This document shows positions 31,749 to 42,099 of a stretch of 64,000 nt of DNA, in pieces. The stretch spans positions 608,001-672,000 of the forward strand of contig CAWHBU010000003.1 in NCBI GenBank assembly GCA_963827685.1. Reading direction: 5' to 3'. Positions within the stretch are counted from its first letter, which is position 1; each line of letters begins with the position of its first letter. A program made the translations under genes and the position numbers. This DNA comes from an uncultured delta proteobacterium (GTDB taxonomy: Bacteria > Desulfobacterota > BSN033 > UBA1163). The notes under the pieces were generated by a model. That model was not told where the DNA came from and did not search any database. It saw only the letters and a program-made list of their open reading frames with translations.

Positions 31749-33563
31749 TTATTTGACGAGCGGGAACATCACTCGGAAGGTCGTTCGACCTTCCCCTGAC
31801 TCAACTTCCATCTTTCCTTTCATCTGTTTGACCAATCGGGTGGTGATATGGAGTCCTCTGCCCCTCCCCTCGCCAAGGAGGTACCGGTCTCTATCCTCCT
31901 CTCGAATTTCCCCTGTATTGGTCACCTCAGCCACTGCCCAACAATCTTTTTGATAGGATCGAATGGAGAGATATCCTCCCTCTTCAGGCATGGCGTTGGA
32001 AGCGTTGTTGAGGAGATTATCTAAAACCCTTTCGATGTGCAGGGGGTAACATCGAATCCACAGGGGAGATTCTAAGTCCCCTTCGGTCAAGTGAACATTC
32101 TCCCGCTTCAATTCCTTTATCGCCTCCTCGTTGATGAAGAAGCGTTTCTTCAGCTTCTCCGTCAAATCGACCATTTCTTCTCTTCCCTCCCCGTGGAGGG
32201 TGAGGGCTAATTCCTGAATACGAGATGTCTCTTTTAGGATAACATCCAATGCCTGGACCACCTTTTCCTTCTTTGAAGGATACTCTCCCTCTTCCAAGAT
32301 TTTTTGAATCCTTTTGGCAAATCCTGCTGCCGCGATGGCCGGATTCTTAAAATCGTGAAGGATATCGTCCATCTTTTCCAGCCTCAGTCCTTTCATCAAT
32401 TCCTTGCCGAAGAAGATAAAAATCTCAATCTCCTCGTCTGTAAATCTCCGGTGGTGAGCCTGGGCATCGAAGACTAAGAAATAGTTGACGACATCGCTCA
32501 CCTTGAGAGGGATATAGAGAACGGAATGGATTTGCTGGACCATCAGAAATCGTTTGAGGTCCGGAGGAAGGAGGCGGCTTGCCTGCGGGTTGTGGATGAG
32601 AATATAGGAAGGGAAAACCTTCTCGTTTTCAAACTCGCCGAAAGGACCGGTCTGGTTCACCACGGCATCAATATAGGGTTCACTCTTCACTGGAAAGGTT
32701 TTCCCGATCCCATGCTGAATCTCCGGATACCCCGCTTCCAAAACAACCTGATGCCGACCTTCGCTGACCGAGAAGAGTGAACACCTTTGGATCCGCATAA
32801 TGTCTAACATCTCAGGAACGACCAGGTTGAAGACCTCCCTCATCTTAATCCCTTCCCGCTTTCCTAACTTCAGGAAGATCTGTTCTACGATCTTATCTTT
32901 GGTCACATTCAATTTCTGGAGGCCCATGATCCGCTTTTGGGCAATAACATAACTCATTCTTCTGGAAAGCATCTCAGCGATCTTGGCCTCCATGGGAGTA
33001 AATGTCTTATCTCCCTCTTTATAGTAGATCTGGAAGGATCCTTCCGTATCGACATCTTTCAAAGAGAAACGGGGGATTGAAATGGGTACGGCCAACATTG
33101 AAAGGATCCCATATTTCTGAACCTTCTCCTTATTTTTGTACTTCTCCTCTTTTAAAATGTTGGGCACAAAGTAAGCTCGATGTGTTCTGACGACCTCCCC
33201 GGCGATAGTATCTTCAAAGGGGATCGCCTCCTCGCGATCCTCCATCTGAACACGGTAAGACCCAAAGGAGATCATTTCTTCTTTTCCAGGATCGTATATT
33301 CGAATGCTCGCTCCCTCTGCCCCAAGAAATTCGACCACGTTTTTGGCGACGGTCTCAAGGATTTCCTTCTCCGTTAGAGAAGGATTGATCTCGAGGATGC
33401 TCTCGGCCTGACTGATCAGCCGGTCCACATACCGGTAGATCACTTCTTCTGTAATCAAGTCCACTACTTTGGTCACCTCTTCGAGGGAAAAGGTGCAACC
33501 CTTTCCCTTCAGATCGGCCATGATGGACTCTAAAAGTTTTTGATCAATTTTAAAATGGTCCAT
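31749..33563 (-). CDS. GAF-GAF sensor histidine kinase
   Basis: Two GAF-like domains, H-box ILHDFKNP, N-box NLLNNA, GRGLHI. Confidence 0.82.
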   Translation of the reverse strand: MDHFKIDQKLLESIMADLKGKGCTFSLEEVTKVVDLITEEVIYRYVDRLISQAESILEINPSLTEKEILETVAKNVVEFLGAEGASIRIYDPGKEEMISFGSYRVQMEDREEAIPFEDTIAGEVVRTHRAYFVPNILKEEKYKNKEKVQKYGILSMLAVPISIPRFSLKDVDTEGSFQIYYKEGDKTFTPMEAKIAEMLSRRMSYVIAQKRIMGLQKLNVTKDKIVEQIFLKLGKREGIKMREVFNLVVPEMLDIMRIQRCSLFSVSEGRHQVVLEAGYPEIQHGIGKTFPVKSEPYIDAVVNQTGPFGEFENEKVFPSYILIHNPQASRLLPPDLKRFLMVQQIHSVLYIPLKVSDVVNYFLVFDAQAHHRRFTDEEIEIFIFFGKELMKGLRLEKMDDILHDFKNPAIAAAGFAKRIQKILEEGEYPSKKEKVVQALDVILKETSRIQELALTLHGEGREEMVDLTEKLKKRFFINEEAIKELKRENVHLTEGDLESPLWIRCYPLHIERVLDNLLNNASNAMPEEGGYLSIRSYQKDCWAVAEVTNTGEIREEDRDRYLLGEGRGRGLHITTRLVKQMKGKMEVESGEGRTTFRVMFPLVK

Positions 33564-33752
33564 AAATGCTTAGGATTTAAGAGACAATGCTGAAGGATAA
33601 AAATATTATAAACCTTTCCTCAAAGGTGTCAACCTATAATCCTCCTTTCTCAAAGCGACGTTTTGGGGATTTGTTAAGCTTGTGGGAGGAGCGGAAGATC
33701 AAATCCGAATTGCAGAGGTTGCCATCCGATATTCTTTCAAAAAAACGAAGGG

Positions 33753-35072
33753 TTATTCAAACTTCTTGATCAGGATGACGCTGTTGACTCCCCCGAAACC
33801 CGCTGAAATAGAAAGGCCAAGTCTGACCTCCTTCTTTCTCGCTTGGTTGGGGACATAGTCCAGGTCGCATTCTGGGTCTGGAAATTCATAGTTGAGGGTG
33901 GGATGGATAATCCCTTTCTCGATGGCGAGGAGAACAGAGATGGCCTCTACCCCTCCTGCCGCTCCCATCAGATGGCCGGTGATTGATTTGGTTGAGCTGA
34001 TGGGAATGCGGTAAGCGTGTTTTCCAAAGACGCCTTTGATCATTTTCGTCTCCACTCTATCATTTAATAGAGTGGAGGTGCCATGAGGATTGATGTAATC
34101 AATCTCTTCCGGATGGATGCCTGCCATTTCAAGAGCATCCTTGACGGCCTTACCCAATGCTTTTCCATCGGGATCGGGGTCGGTGAGATGATAGGCATCG
34201 GCTGTCATCCCCCATCCGATCACCTCCCCGTAGATGTGAGCCCCTCTTTCTTCTGCGTGATCTAATTCCTCAAACACCAACACGCCACACCCCTCGCCCA
34301 TCACAAATCCATCTCTCTCACGGTCGAAAGGCCGGGAGGCTTTATTTGGGTCATCATTTCGTGTTGACATCGCCCTTAACACATCAAACCCTCCAAACAC
34401 ATAGGGTGTGATACAGGCATCTGCTCCTCCCGTGACCATGAGATCTTCGTCTCCACCCTGAATCTGAAGGAAGCTATTGATCATGGCATGGGTACCAGAG
34501 GCACAAGCCGTCGAAACGGCATAAGAAGTCCCACGGATCGAATAATATTGGGCCACGTGAGAGGTGATAGCACTCAGGTAGATATTCGGAAGAGCAAAAG
34601 GGGAGATGCCCCTCAGCCCCCTGGATAGAAAACGCTCATGGAAGTGCTCCATCAAATCCATCGCTTCCACACCTACTCCCAAGACCACGCCTATCTGGAA
34701 GGGATCCAATTCCTTCAGGTGATACACTCCCGTATGTTTGTGCAGCCCTTCTTTTTCCAAATCGTTCTTATCGAGCTCAATTCCAGCATCCTTCAGCGCA
34801 AGCCATGCGGCAGCAATGGCAAATTGGGATGATCTTCCGAGGTGTTTGGAAAGTTTTGACCTTTCCACAAAATCAGAGAGCTCAAACCCTTCGATGGGAG
34901 CGCTAATCTGACATCGATATTGACTCATGTCTCTATTGGGAAATGAAAACCGTTGGAAGGAAGACTTCCCCTTGATCAAACTCTCCCAGTAAGCCTCTTT
35001 CCCGATCCCCACAGGAGTGACTGGACCTACTCCGGTGATCACCACGCGTTTCTTATAATTCCTCACGCTCAT
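33753..35072 (-). CDS. fabF: 3-oxoacyl-ACP synthase II
   Basis: TACAS, HGTST, KSITGHLMGAAG. Confidence 0.9.
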   Translation of the reverse strand: MSVRNYKKRVVITGVGPVTPVGIGKEAYWESLIKGKSSFQRFSFPNRDMSQYRCQISAPIEGFELSDFVERSKLSKHLGRSSQFAIAAAWLALKDAGIELDKNDLEKEGLHKHTGVYHLKELDPFQIGVVLGVGVEAMDLMEHFHERFLSRGLRGISPFALPNIYLSAITSHVAQYYSIRGTSYAVSTACASGTHAMINSFLQIQGGDEDLMVTGGADACITPYVFGGFDVLRAMSTRNDDPNKASRPFDRERDGFVMGEGCGVLVFEELDHAEERGAHIYGEVIGWGMTADAYHLTDPDPDGKALGKAVKDALEMAGIHPEEIDYINPHGTSTLLNDRVETKMIKGVFGKHAYRIPISSTKSITGHLMGAAGGVEAISVLLAIEKGIIHPTLNYEFPDPECDLDYVPNQARKKEVRLGLSISAGFGGVNSVILIKKFE

Positions 35073-35246
35073 CCCCCTTCCAGGTTATTTTGTTATTCTC
35101 ATCGATTGCCCTCCCATTTGTCAAGGTGAAAACAATTTTGATGAATAAGGTTGACCCCGCTGTTGTACCAGAAAACTTCTTGAACGAAATGAAGCCCCTG
35201 AAAAATAGGCCTTGAACCTGTGTCTCCATTTTTTTCAACAACAGGG

Positions 35247-35275
35247 TTGACATGTTTCCAATTTAGAAATATAAA
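35247..35275 (+). promoter_or_regulatory. Putative sigma70 promoter of the TPAT operon
   Basis: TTGACA-N17-TATAAA, 45 bp upstream of the start. Confidence 0.6.
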
Positions 35276-35320
35276 TTCTCTTAAGATTAATCAGTCTTTC
35301 CAAGGTGTCGAGGAACAAAA

Positions 35321-36202
35321 ATGAAAGCCTTTCAGAATCGAACCCGGATTTTCTTCTTTTTGTGGCTTCTCCTTCTTCTCTCTGCTTGTCTTCCAAACAA
35401 AAAGTTGACCGTCGGCACTACCGCGACATTATTGGAAGAGGTCACGAGGGCTTCCTCTAAACAATCAGACCTGAGAGTCCTTCGGGAAGGGACGCCTGCT
35501 TATTTAATGTTGATTGACGGAATGATCCAAGCGTGGCCGGACAATGACCAGTTACTGATGGCGGGTGCCCAGAGCTATTCTTCCTTTGCTTCGCTCTTTG
35601 TGGAGGACCAAGATAAGGAATATGCCAATTTGCTCTACGCGAGAGGAAAACGATATGCGCTGAGATCTCTCGAAACGAGAGGGTTCAAGGAACCTCTGCA
35701 GAGACCTTTCGATGAGTTTAGGGAGGGGCTGAAGCGTCTTGGGAAAAAAGACGTTCCCTATCTCTTCTGGGCTGGAACCTGCTGGGTGAACTGGATTAGA
35801 TTGAATTTGGATTCGATGGAAGCCATGTCTGAGCTTCCAAGGGTAGAATGGATGATGAAGAGAGTTTTGGAGCTCGATGAAGGATTCTACTACGGCGGCC
35901 CCCATCTCTTCATGGGGATATGGTTCGCCTCCAGGCCGAAAATAGCCGGCGGAGATCTTAAAAAAGCTCAAGAACATTTTCTGAAGGCGCTGGATCTCGG
36001 GCAAGGAAAATTTTTGATGGCTTATGTGTACTATGCAAAGCACTACGCTCGAAAGATGATGGACAAAGAACTCTTCATCTCCACCCTTCAAAAGGTTATG
36101 GAGACTCCTGCTGACACTTCTCCAGACTTAACCCTTGCCAATACCGTCGCCAAAAGAGAGGCAAAGGAATTACTCAGCCATGTGGAAGAATATTTTGAAT
36201 AG
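35321..36202 (+). CDS. TRAP transporter TatT-type TPR lipoprotein
   Basis: Lipobox LLSAC; LELDEGFYYGGPH; lies before dctP. Confidence 0.85.
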   Translation: MKAFQNRTRIFFFLWLLLLLSACLPNKKLTVGTTATLLEEVTRASSKQSDLRVLREGTPAYLMLIDGMIQAWPDNDQLLMAGAQSYSSFASLFVEDQDKEYANLLYARGKRYALRSLETRGFKEPLQRPFDEFREGLKRLGKKDVPYLFWAGTCWVNWIRLNLDSMEAMSELPRVEWMMKRVLELDEGFYYGGPHLFMGIWFASRPKIAGGDLKKAQEHFLKALDLGQGKFLMAYVYYAKHYARKMMDKELFISTLQKVMETPADTSPDLTLANTVAKREAKELLSHVEEYFE

Positions 36203-36211
36203 GAGAAAAAT

Positions 36212-37234
36212 ATGGGCAAAGCATATGTCATCAAAATTTTAGGACTCAGTTTATTGGTTTCGCTCATTCTCGTCTCATCCGTCCGTGGCGCGGAAAAGGG
36301 TTTGGTAATTAAATTGGCTACCCTTGCTCCAGAGGGAAGCTCTTGGATGAAGACGTTCAATGTCCTGAACACAGAAGTGATGAATAGGACAGAAAATAAG
36401 GTTCAGTTTAAGATCTATCCCGGCGGGGTATTGGGCGATGAGATGGACATGCTCCGAAAGCTTAAGATCGGTCAAATTCAAGGCGTCGCTCTCACTTCCG
36501 CTGGACTCTCTACACTCTATAAAGAGATGGACGTTCTCCAGATCCCTTTCCTTTTCCAAACCTATGAAGAGGTCGACACCGTTTTGAAAAAAATGGATTC
36601 TTTTTTCCGAAAGGGTTTCGAGGACAATGGATATGTGCTCTTGGGTTGGTCAGAGGCAGGATTTGTCTACCTGATGTCTACCCTTCCCATCTCCAGTGTG
36701 GCCGACCTTAAAAAGGCAAAGGTATGGATCTGGGAGGAATCGCCGATGTCCAAAGCCATTTTCGATGAGGCTGGGGTGAAGGCCATCCCACTCACTGTCC
36801 CCGATGTTCTGGTAGGGCTCCAAACCGGACTGGTGGACGTGGTCTATGCCCCTCCGACAGGAGCCATCTCTTTCCAGTGGTTCACGAAGGTCAAATATCT
36901 CACCGATGTCCCTTTGGTTTATTTGGCAGGTGGGGTAGTAGTAAAAAAAGATATTTTTAAACAAATCCCTCAAAACTACCAGAATTTCTTTTTGGAAAGT
37001 TTTCAACAACATCTGGATCGATTGAAGATCATCACTCGAAACGAAAACCGAGATGCCGTTAAGGTGATGGTCAAAAACGGGGTCAAGATCATCACCCCAT
37101 CAAAGGACCAAATCGATGAATACAAGAAGCTATCGAATAAAGCAATGGGCCATATCAGTGGACAAACCTTCTCTAAGAAAGTCTTAGATGATGTCGCTTC
37201 TCTTCTGGAAAGTGATCGAAGGGGAGGAAGATAA
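36212..37234 (+). CDS. dctP: TRAP substrate-binding protein (TatP/DctP)
   Basis: IKLATLAPEGSSW, YPGGVLGDE, LQTGLVD. Confidence 0.9.
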   Translation: MGKAYVIKILGLSLLVSLILVSSVRGAEKGLVIKLATLAPEGSSWMKTFNVLNTEVMNRTENKVQFKIYPGGVLGDEMDMLRKLKIGQIQGVALTSAGLSTLYKEMDVLQIPFLFQTYEEVDTVLKKMDSFFRKGFEDNGYVLLGWSEAGFVYLMSTLPISSVADLKKAKVWIWEESPMSKAIFDEAGVKAIPLTVPDVLVGLQTGLVDVVYAPPTGAISFQWFTKVKYLTDVPLVYLAGGVVVKKDIFKQIPQNYQNFFLESFQQHLDRLKIITRNENRDAVKVMVKNGVKIITPSKDQIDEYKKLSNKAMGHISGQTFSKKVLDDVASLLESDRRGGR

Positions 37235-37848
37235 TGAACCCCGTTAGAAATTCCAGTGGGGCATCAAACCCCGACAGAATTATTCTGGGACCCGACCCCG
37301 CCCCAGAGCAGCGGGCCATTATTTCTAACGGGGTGAATCGATGGGAGCGGGTCGATGAAGCCATTGAACGAGTGGAACAAACCCTCCTCGTCACTTTCTT
37401 AGGCTTCTTGATCGGCATCGCCTTCTTACAGATCGTCCTTCGAAATTTTTTTTCCACGGGTCTAAGTTGGGGAGATTCACTGGTAAGAAATCTGGTCCTC
37501 TGGATCGGTTTCATCGGGGCTACCCTTGCTACGAAGGAGGGAAAACATATCAACATCGATGTGGTCTCGAGATGGTTGCCCTCTTTAGGAAAGAATGTGG
37601 TCACCCTCATCACCCACTTATTTTCATTTTTTGTCTGTTGCGGTTTGACCTATGCCGCACTGAAATTTATTAAAAACGAAGTCCAGATGGAGAATATAAC
37701 CTTCTTAGATATTCCTGCCTGGATCCCGGAGATGATTCTTCCTATTACTTTCGGCCTGATGACCATTCGATTTGGGCTTCGTTCTATTAAGACTCTTTCC
37801 GAGATAGGAAAGATTGAACCCCACCATGATCGAGAGAAAGAGACATGA
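37234..37848 (+). CDS. dctQ: TRAP small permease with a translated palindromic insertion at the N-terminus
   Basis: LVLWIGFIGATLA...HINIDV; four TM helices. Confidence 0.88.
   Translation: MNPVRNSSGASNPDRIILGPDPAPEQRAIISNGVNRWERVDEAIERVEQTLLVTFLGFLIGIAFLQIVLRNFFSTGLSWGDSLVRNLVLWIGFIGATLATKEGKHINIDVVSRWLPSLGKNVVTLITHLFSFFVCCGLTYAALKFIKNEVQMENITFLDIPAWIPEMILPITFGLMTIRFGLRSIKTLSEIGKIEPHHDREKET
37239..37333. mobile_element. 95-bp miniature inverted-repeat element with TGAA target duplication
   Basis: CCCCGTTAGAAAT...ATTTCTAACGGGG flanked by TGAA at 37235-37238 and 37334-37337. Confidence 0.8.
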
Positions 37849-39104
37849 CCCTGCTCTTAATCCTTATCGCTTTTCTTATCATGTTTCTCGGAGCACCTCT
37901 GTTCACCGTTTTCTCCGGTCTGACCCTGCTTCTATTATTCTTTGCCCACATCGATTCCTCAGCCATGATCATAGAGATGCATCGAATTGCCACCACTCCC
38001 ATCCTGGTCGCCATCCCCCTCTTCACCTTTGCCGGATATCTCCTTTCAGAAAGCAAGGCACCCAGAAGGTTAATCGGGCTGACGGATGCCTTCCTGGGTT
38101 GGTTGCCTGGTGGGTTAGCCATCATCGCCCTGATCACCTGCTCCGCCTTTACTGCCCTGACAGGGGCTACCGGTCTCACCATCATTGCCTTGGGAGGCAT
38201 CCTTCTCCCTGCACTGTTGCATGGGAAATATCCCGAAAAGTTCTCGCTCGGGTTGGTGACCAATTCAGGGACATTAGGCCTCCTCTTTCCACCGAGCCTG
38301 CCCATTATCATCTATGCGATTGTGTCCAAGGTGCAGATTAATCAACTTTTCCTTGCTGGTCTCTTGCCCGGCCTCCTGATGGTCGTCCTGCTCTCCGCGT
38401 TCAGTGTACAGAAGGCAATCGCTGCCGAAATCCCGAGAACCAAGTTTAATGCATCGCGGATGTTTAAGGCATTGAGAGAAGCCATCTGGGAGCTTCCTCT
38501 CCCCCTTGTCGTACTGGGCGGCATTTACAGCGGATACTTTGCCGTGAGTGAGGCGGCAGCCATTACGGCGGTTTATGTTTTTCTGGTCGAGGTGGTCATC
38601 TACCGGGATATCAAATGGCGGGAACTGCCCCAAGTCATGCGAAAAAGTATGGTGCTGGTAGGAGGGATCTTGATCATTCTGGGAGCCGCCCTTGGTTTCA
38701 CGAATTATCTGATTGATGCGGAAGTCCCGATGAAGCTGTTTAATCTATTCAAGGCTTATACCGACAGCCCTTTCGTCTTTCTGATCCTACTGAACCTCTT
38801 TCTCTTGGTGGTGGGCTGTCTGCTGGACATCTTCTCTGCCCTGATCGTTGTCGTACCTCTCATCACTCCAGTCGCCAATGCTTATGGGATCAACTCGGTT
38901 CACCTCGGCATTATCTTCCTTGCCAATCTCCAGATCGGGGCCTTGACCCCTCCTATTGGAATGAGCCTTTTTATCTCAAGCCTTCGTTTTGAGAAACCCA
39001 TATCGAAGATTATACTGGCTTCTCTCCCATTTATTGTCGTCCTCCTATTTGTATTGGCCATCATCACCTATGTTCCATGGTTCAGCCTGGCACTTATAAG
39101 ATAA
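37845..39104 (+). CDS. dctM: TRAP large permease
   Basis: AIPLFTFAG, GTLGLLFPPS, LTPPIG. Confidence 0.92.
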   Translation: MTLLLILIAFLIMFLGAPLFTVFSGLTLLLLFFAHIDSSAMIIEMHRIATTPILVAIPLFTFAGYLLSESKAPRRLIGLTDAFLGWLPGGLAIIALITCSAFTALTGATGLTIIALGGILLPALLHGKYPEKFSLGLVTNSGTLGLLFPPSLPIIIYAIVSKVQINQLFLAGLLPGLLMVVLLSAFSVQKAIAAEIPRTKFNASRMFKALREAIWELPLPLVVLGGIYSGYFAVSEAAAITAVYVFLVEVVIYRDIKWRELPQVMRKSMVLVGGILIILGAALGFTNYLIDAEVPMKLFNLFKAYTDSPFVFLILLNLFLLVVGCLLDIFSALIVVVPLITPVANAYGINSVHLGIIFLANLQIGALTPPIGMSLFISSLRFEKPISKIILASLPFIVVLLFVLAIITYVPWFSLALIR

Positions 39105-39107
39105 TTC

Positions 39108-39203
39108 AAAGTTCGGAGTTCAGAGTTGGGAGTTCGGAGTTTTAAGAATTTGACACCAAAATATTAATCAAACTCTCCGAACTCCGAGCTCATTACTCCG
39201 AAC
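39108..39203. repeat. Inverted heptamer array (CGGAGTT / AACTCCG)
   Basis: Direct reading between convergent genes. Confidence 0.8.
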
Positions 39204-40131
39204 TATTTTCCAGAAAGGAAAGGATCGCTTGATTGACTTCATCTGGAGTTTCCCACATGGGAATGTGGCCGCTTTTTTCAATCCTTAGAAACTTCGAACT
39301 TGCGATGGCCTGATGGAGCGTCTCCCCCACTTGAGGAGGGAAGATGAGATCCCTCTCCCCCCAGACGAATAAGGTAGGTTGGTGAATAAGAGGGAGCTGA
39401 TCCTTTAGCTTCAAGGCTTCCTCAGCATGTTTGAAGGTGGAGTAAAGGACCCAGGTCGTCCCTTTGATTTTAGAAAGTTGATATTGCCGATTCACCACCT
39501 CCGGCGCGATCAGTTTGATATTCGAAACGCACTCCAGAAGGATCCACCTGACCGAATTTTTGCTTCGAGCTGCAATGACCAGATGAGGGAGGATTGGAAT
39601 ATCTTTGATGGCTACTAGGCTTCGAAAGGATTCATTTTTGACTTGGTGGAGAACATCCGGAGGGACACAATTGATCAATATGAGTCGATCCACTCGTTCA
39701 GGGTAGAGGATCGCCATAGCCCAAGCGATCCCACCTCCCATCGAATTTCCGATCAGGGTGGCCTTCTCAATCCCCACCCCATCCATGAAGTCTCTCAAAA
39801 AATGAATGTAGGTCTCCGGGGTGTACGAAATCTTCGGCCTGTCTGAGAAGCCATGGCCAATGAGATCTAAAGCATAAACCCGGTAGGATTGGGAGAGAGC
39901 TTCGATCTGTTTCTCCCATACCCAGATCCCAGCGCCATAGCCATGGATCAGCAGGAGAGGTTTGCCTTCTCCTTTCACAGTATAAAAAATCGTATGGCCA
40001 TCAATCTGAATCGTCTGCGGAGAAAGAGAAGGGTTCCAGTCAATCCGAGTTGGCCGAACCAACGGAGTGCTACATCCCCACAAAAACGGCATCAACAAAA
40101 TGGAAACGATCCAACGGAATTGAACCATCAA
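39193..40131 (-). CDS. Alpha/beta-hydrolase lipoprotein
   Basis: Lipobox LWGC, LIHG, GNSMGG, GERD, GH. Confidence 0.88.
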   Translation of the reverse strand: MMVQFRWIVSILLMPFLWGCSTPLVRPTRIDWNPSLSPQTIQIDGHTIFYTVKGEGKPLLLIHGYGAGIWVWEKQIEALSQSYRVYALDLIGHGFSDRPKISYTPETYIHFLRDFMDGVGIEKATLIGNSMGGGIAWAMAILYPERVDRLILINCVPPDVLHQVKNESFRSLVAIKDIPILPHLVIAARSKNSVRWILLECVSNIKLIAPEVVNRQYQLSKIKGTTWVLYSTFKHAEEALKLKDQLPLIHQPTLFVWGERDLIFPPQVGETLHQAIASSKFLRIEKSGHIPMWETPDEVNQAILSFLENSSE

Positions 40132-40162
40132 TTTGTGCTCACTCTATCAATCATTCGGTGTG

Positions 40163-40368
40163 AAATCAAATTCCAATGACCAAGTTCCAAGCTCCAAATA
40201 AATTCCAATTACCCAATATCCATGTTACCCCCTCACCCCACCCTCTCCCCTGTAGGGAGAGGGTGGGGTGAGGGGAACCGTTGAGATTTTTGGTTCTTAT
40301 TCGGTTATTGGTCGCTGGAACTTGGTTATCAACTTATTACCCGCCATTCCATCATTCCACCATTCCAG
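40163..40368. repeat. Inverted heptamer array with a REP palindrome (40227-40275) in its centre, then CCATTCCA octamers
   Basis: Direct reading. Confidence 0.7.
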
Positions 40369-40381
40369 ACTTCCTATTCTT

Positions 40382-40972
40382 TCAAAACTCCGTGACTTCT
40401 CCTCCTTGGATGGGTCGTCGGGTTTTGGTATTGATGTCAAGGGTAAAACCGGTCTCGATGACGCCGGAACGCGTATATCCTCTATCCTCCCAATACCCTC
40501 CTTCTTCTTGATTGATGAATTCAATCCTGCCTAACCATTTGCAACTCTTATATCCCCATAAGTTCGGGATGACCATTCTCGAAGGCCCTCCATACTCAGC
40601 TTCAATTGGATTCCCATTCACTCCATAAGCCAAAAGAACTCTGGGATTCTCTAAATCTTTTAATGAGACGGTTGTGCAGTACCCTCCTCCCACAGAGGTG
40701 AATCGGACATGATTGGTTTCAGATTCAATCGGAACCCGTTTCAGGAAGTCATTCCATTGAACGTCTTCCCAATCCGCTCGAACCGACCAGCCCGACACCG
40801 AAGTCAGACGGTAGTTTATCCGGCTCTTCGGCATCGCCAAGATCTCCTGCCATGAAAAATGTTTTTCTTCTTTGACCAGACCTCCTACGAAAAGAGAATA
40901 ATTTTGAAGATCAATGACAGGCATCCCACCGGCTTTAAAAGCGGGAACGCGGAGGTCTTTGAGAATACTCAC
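40382..40972 (-). CDS. Sulfite-oxidase-family molybdopterin-binding domain protein (MsrP/YuiH-like)
   Basis: GGP.RMVIPNLWGYKSCKW, GGYWEDRGY. Confidence 0.82.
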   Translation of the reverse strand: MSILKDLRVPAFKAGGMPVIDLQNYSLFVGGLVKEEKHFSWQEILAMPKSRINYRLTSVSGWSVRADWEDVQWNDFLKRVPIESETNHVRFTSVGGGYCTTVSLKDLENPRVLLAYGVNGNPIEAEYGGPSRMVIPNLWGYKSCKWLGRIEFINQEEGGYWEDRGYTRSGVIETGFTLDINTKTRRPIQGGEVTEF

Positions 40973-42099
40973 CTCTTCTTCTCCTTCTTTTTCTTGAAGA
41001 GTTCCTCCAACGATTGCAGCCCCTCGACAAATCCCTTTTCTCCCTTTAGGGTGCCTTGAAGAGCCTCTTCACCCACCACCTTAATCGGAATTCCCAGAGC
41101 CTGTGCAAGAGAGATCGCGACCTGAGTCAAAAACGTCTCCTGAAGGTTGAACTGAGGGTCCTCCATATTGCCTTTCACATGAAATTTAACTTTGATCTGA
41201 TGTCCTTTCTTCTCCAATAAAGAGACCAGGGCCTCCGCTGGAATCCAAAGGACCATTCCCCCTCCTTCTTTGACATGGAGATTGATCAGATCGAGCCCCC
41301 CAGGGGCATCGATCCTCTTCTCTTTCAGAGCAATTTTGGAATCCACATCCATAGTACCGGACTCAATCTCTGCGGTCACCCTTTTGCGATAGTAGGGTTC
41401 AAAGGTCTTGACCTCTATTTCTCGAACCTTCAGGGAAGTTTCCATGTCCATGGTTTTTGCATCTATCCATCCTTTTATATCAATGGTCCCTTCCTGAATC
41501 TTCCCCTTCATCTTTGCTTTTAATTGGACGGGAGAATGTGCAGAGGCAATGGGGTATTCAATATTCCTTATTTCAAAATATATGTCTCTCAATTCGATTT
41601 GGGCGGGAGGGTCTCCCACTTTTCTATCTTCAAAATCGACGGAGCCTTTCTGGATTTGAATTCGATCGATCTGAATTTGAATGGGCTCTCCTTTCTTCTT
41701 CTCTACCTCTTCAGAAATCCCTTTCTCTTCACTTTCTTTTTCTATTCTTATCCACGGACAAATGAGGTGCCCCTCTCGAGATCGATAGAAGAAAAAGGAT
41801 GGCTGGAGGATGGTAAATTTCTTGATGTGTAAAGATTTTTTCAGAAGAGAGAGGAGAGAAGGATAAATCCTCATCTCTTCGATCCGAAGGAATCTTTGTT
41901 TTAAATGAGGGTCCTCATATTGAATTCCCTTTGCGGAGAGGCAGGTGGCCTTGAACCTCACCTCCTCCAGGGTAAATCCAAGCCCCATCGCCTTTTGAAG
42001 GCGGGGCTGAATCAATTTCACGGCGTAAAAGGAAAGGATGAAATACCCCCCGATCAATAGGACTACAAGAATTCCAATCAGGATGAACCATTTCTTCAT
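40969..42099 (-). CDS. DUF748/AsmA-like membrane-anchored protein
   Basis: N-terminal TM, beta-rich body, VKGNMEDPQF. Confidence 0.7.
   Translation of the reverse strand: MKKWFILIGILVVLLIGGYFILSFYAVKLIQPRLQKAMGLGFTLEEVRFKATCLSAKGIQYEDPHLKQRFLRIEEMRIYPSLLSLLKKSLHIKKFTILQPSFFFYRSREGHLICPWIRIEKESEEKGISEEVEKKKGEPIQIQIDRIQIQKGSVDFEDRKVGDPPAQIELRDIYFEIRNIEYPIASAHSPVQLKAKMKGKIQEGTIDIKGWIDAKTMDMETSLKVREIEVKTFEPYYRKRVTAEIESGTMDVDSKIALKEKRIDAPGGLDLINLHVKEGGGMVLWIPAEALVSLLEKKGHQIKVKFHVKGNMEDPQFNLQETFLTQVAISLAQALGIPIKVVGEEALQGTLKGEKGFVEGLQSLEELFKKKKEKKR

Noticed and set aside
35321-39104. TRAP transporter with an extra lipoprotein as a novel system
   Set aside because: Matches the described TPAT (TatT-TatP-Q-M) organisation.
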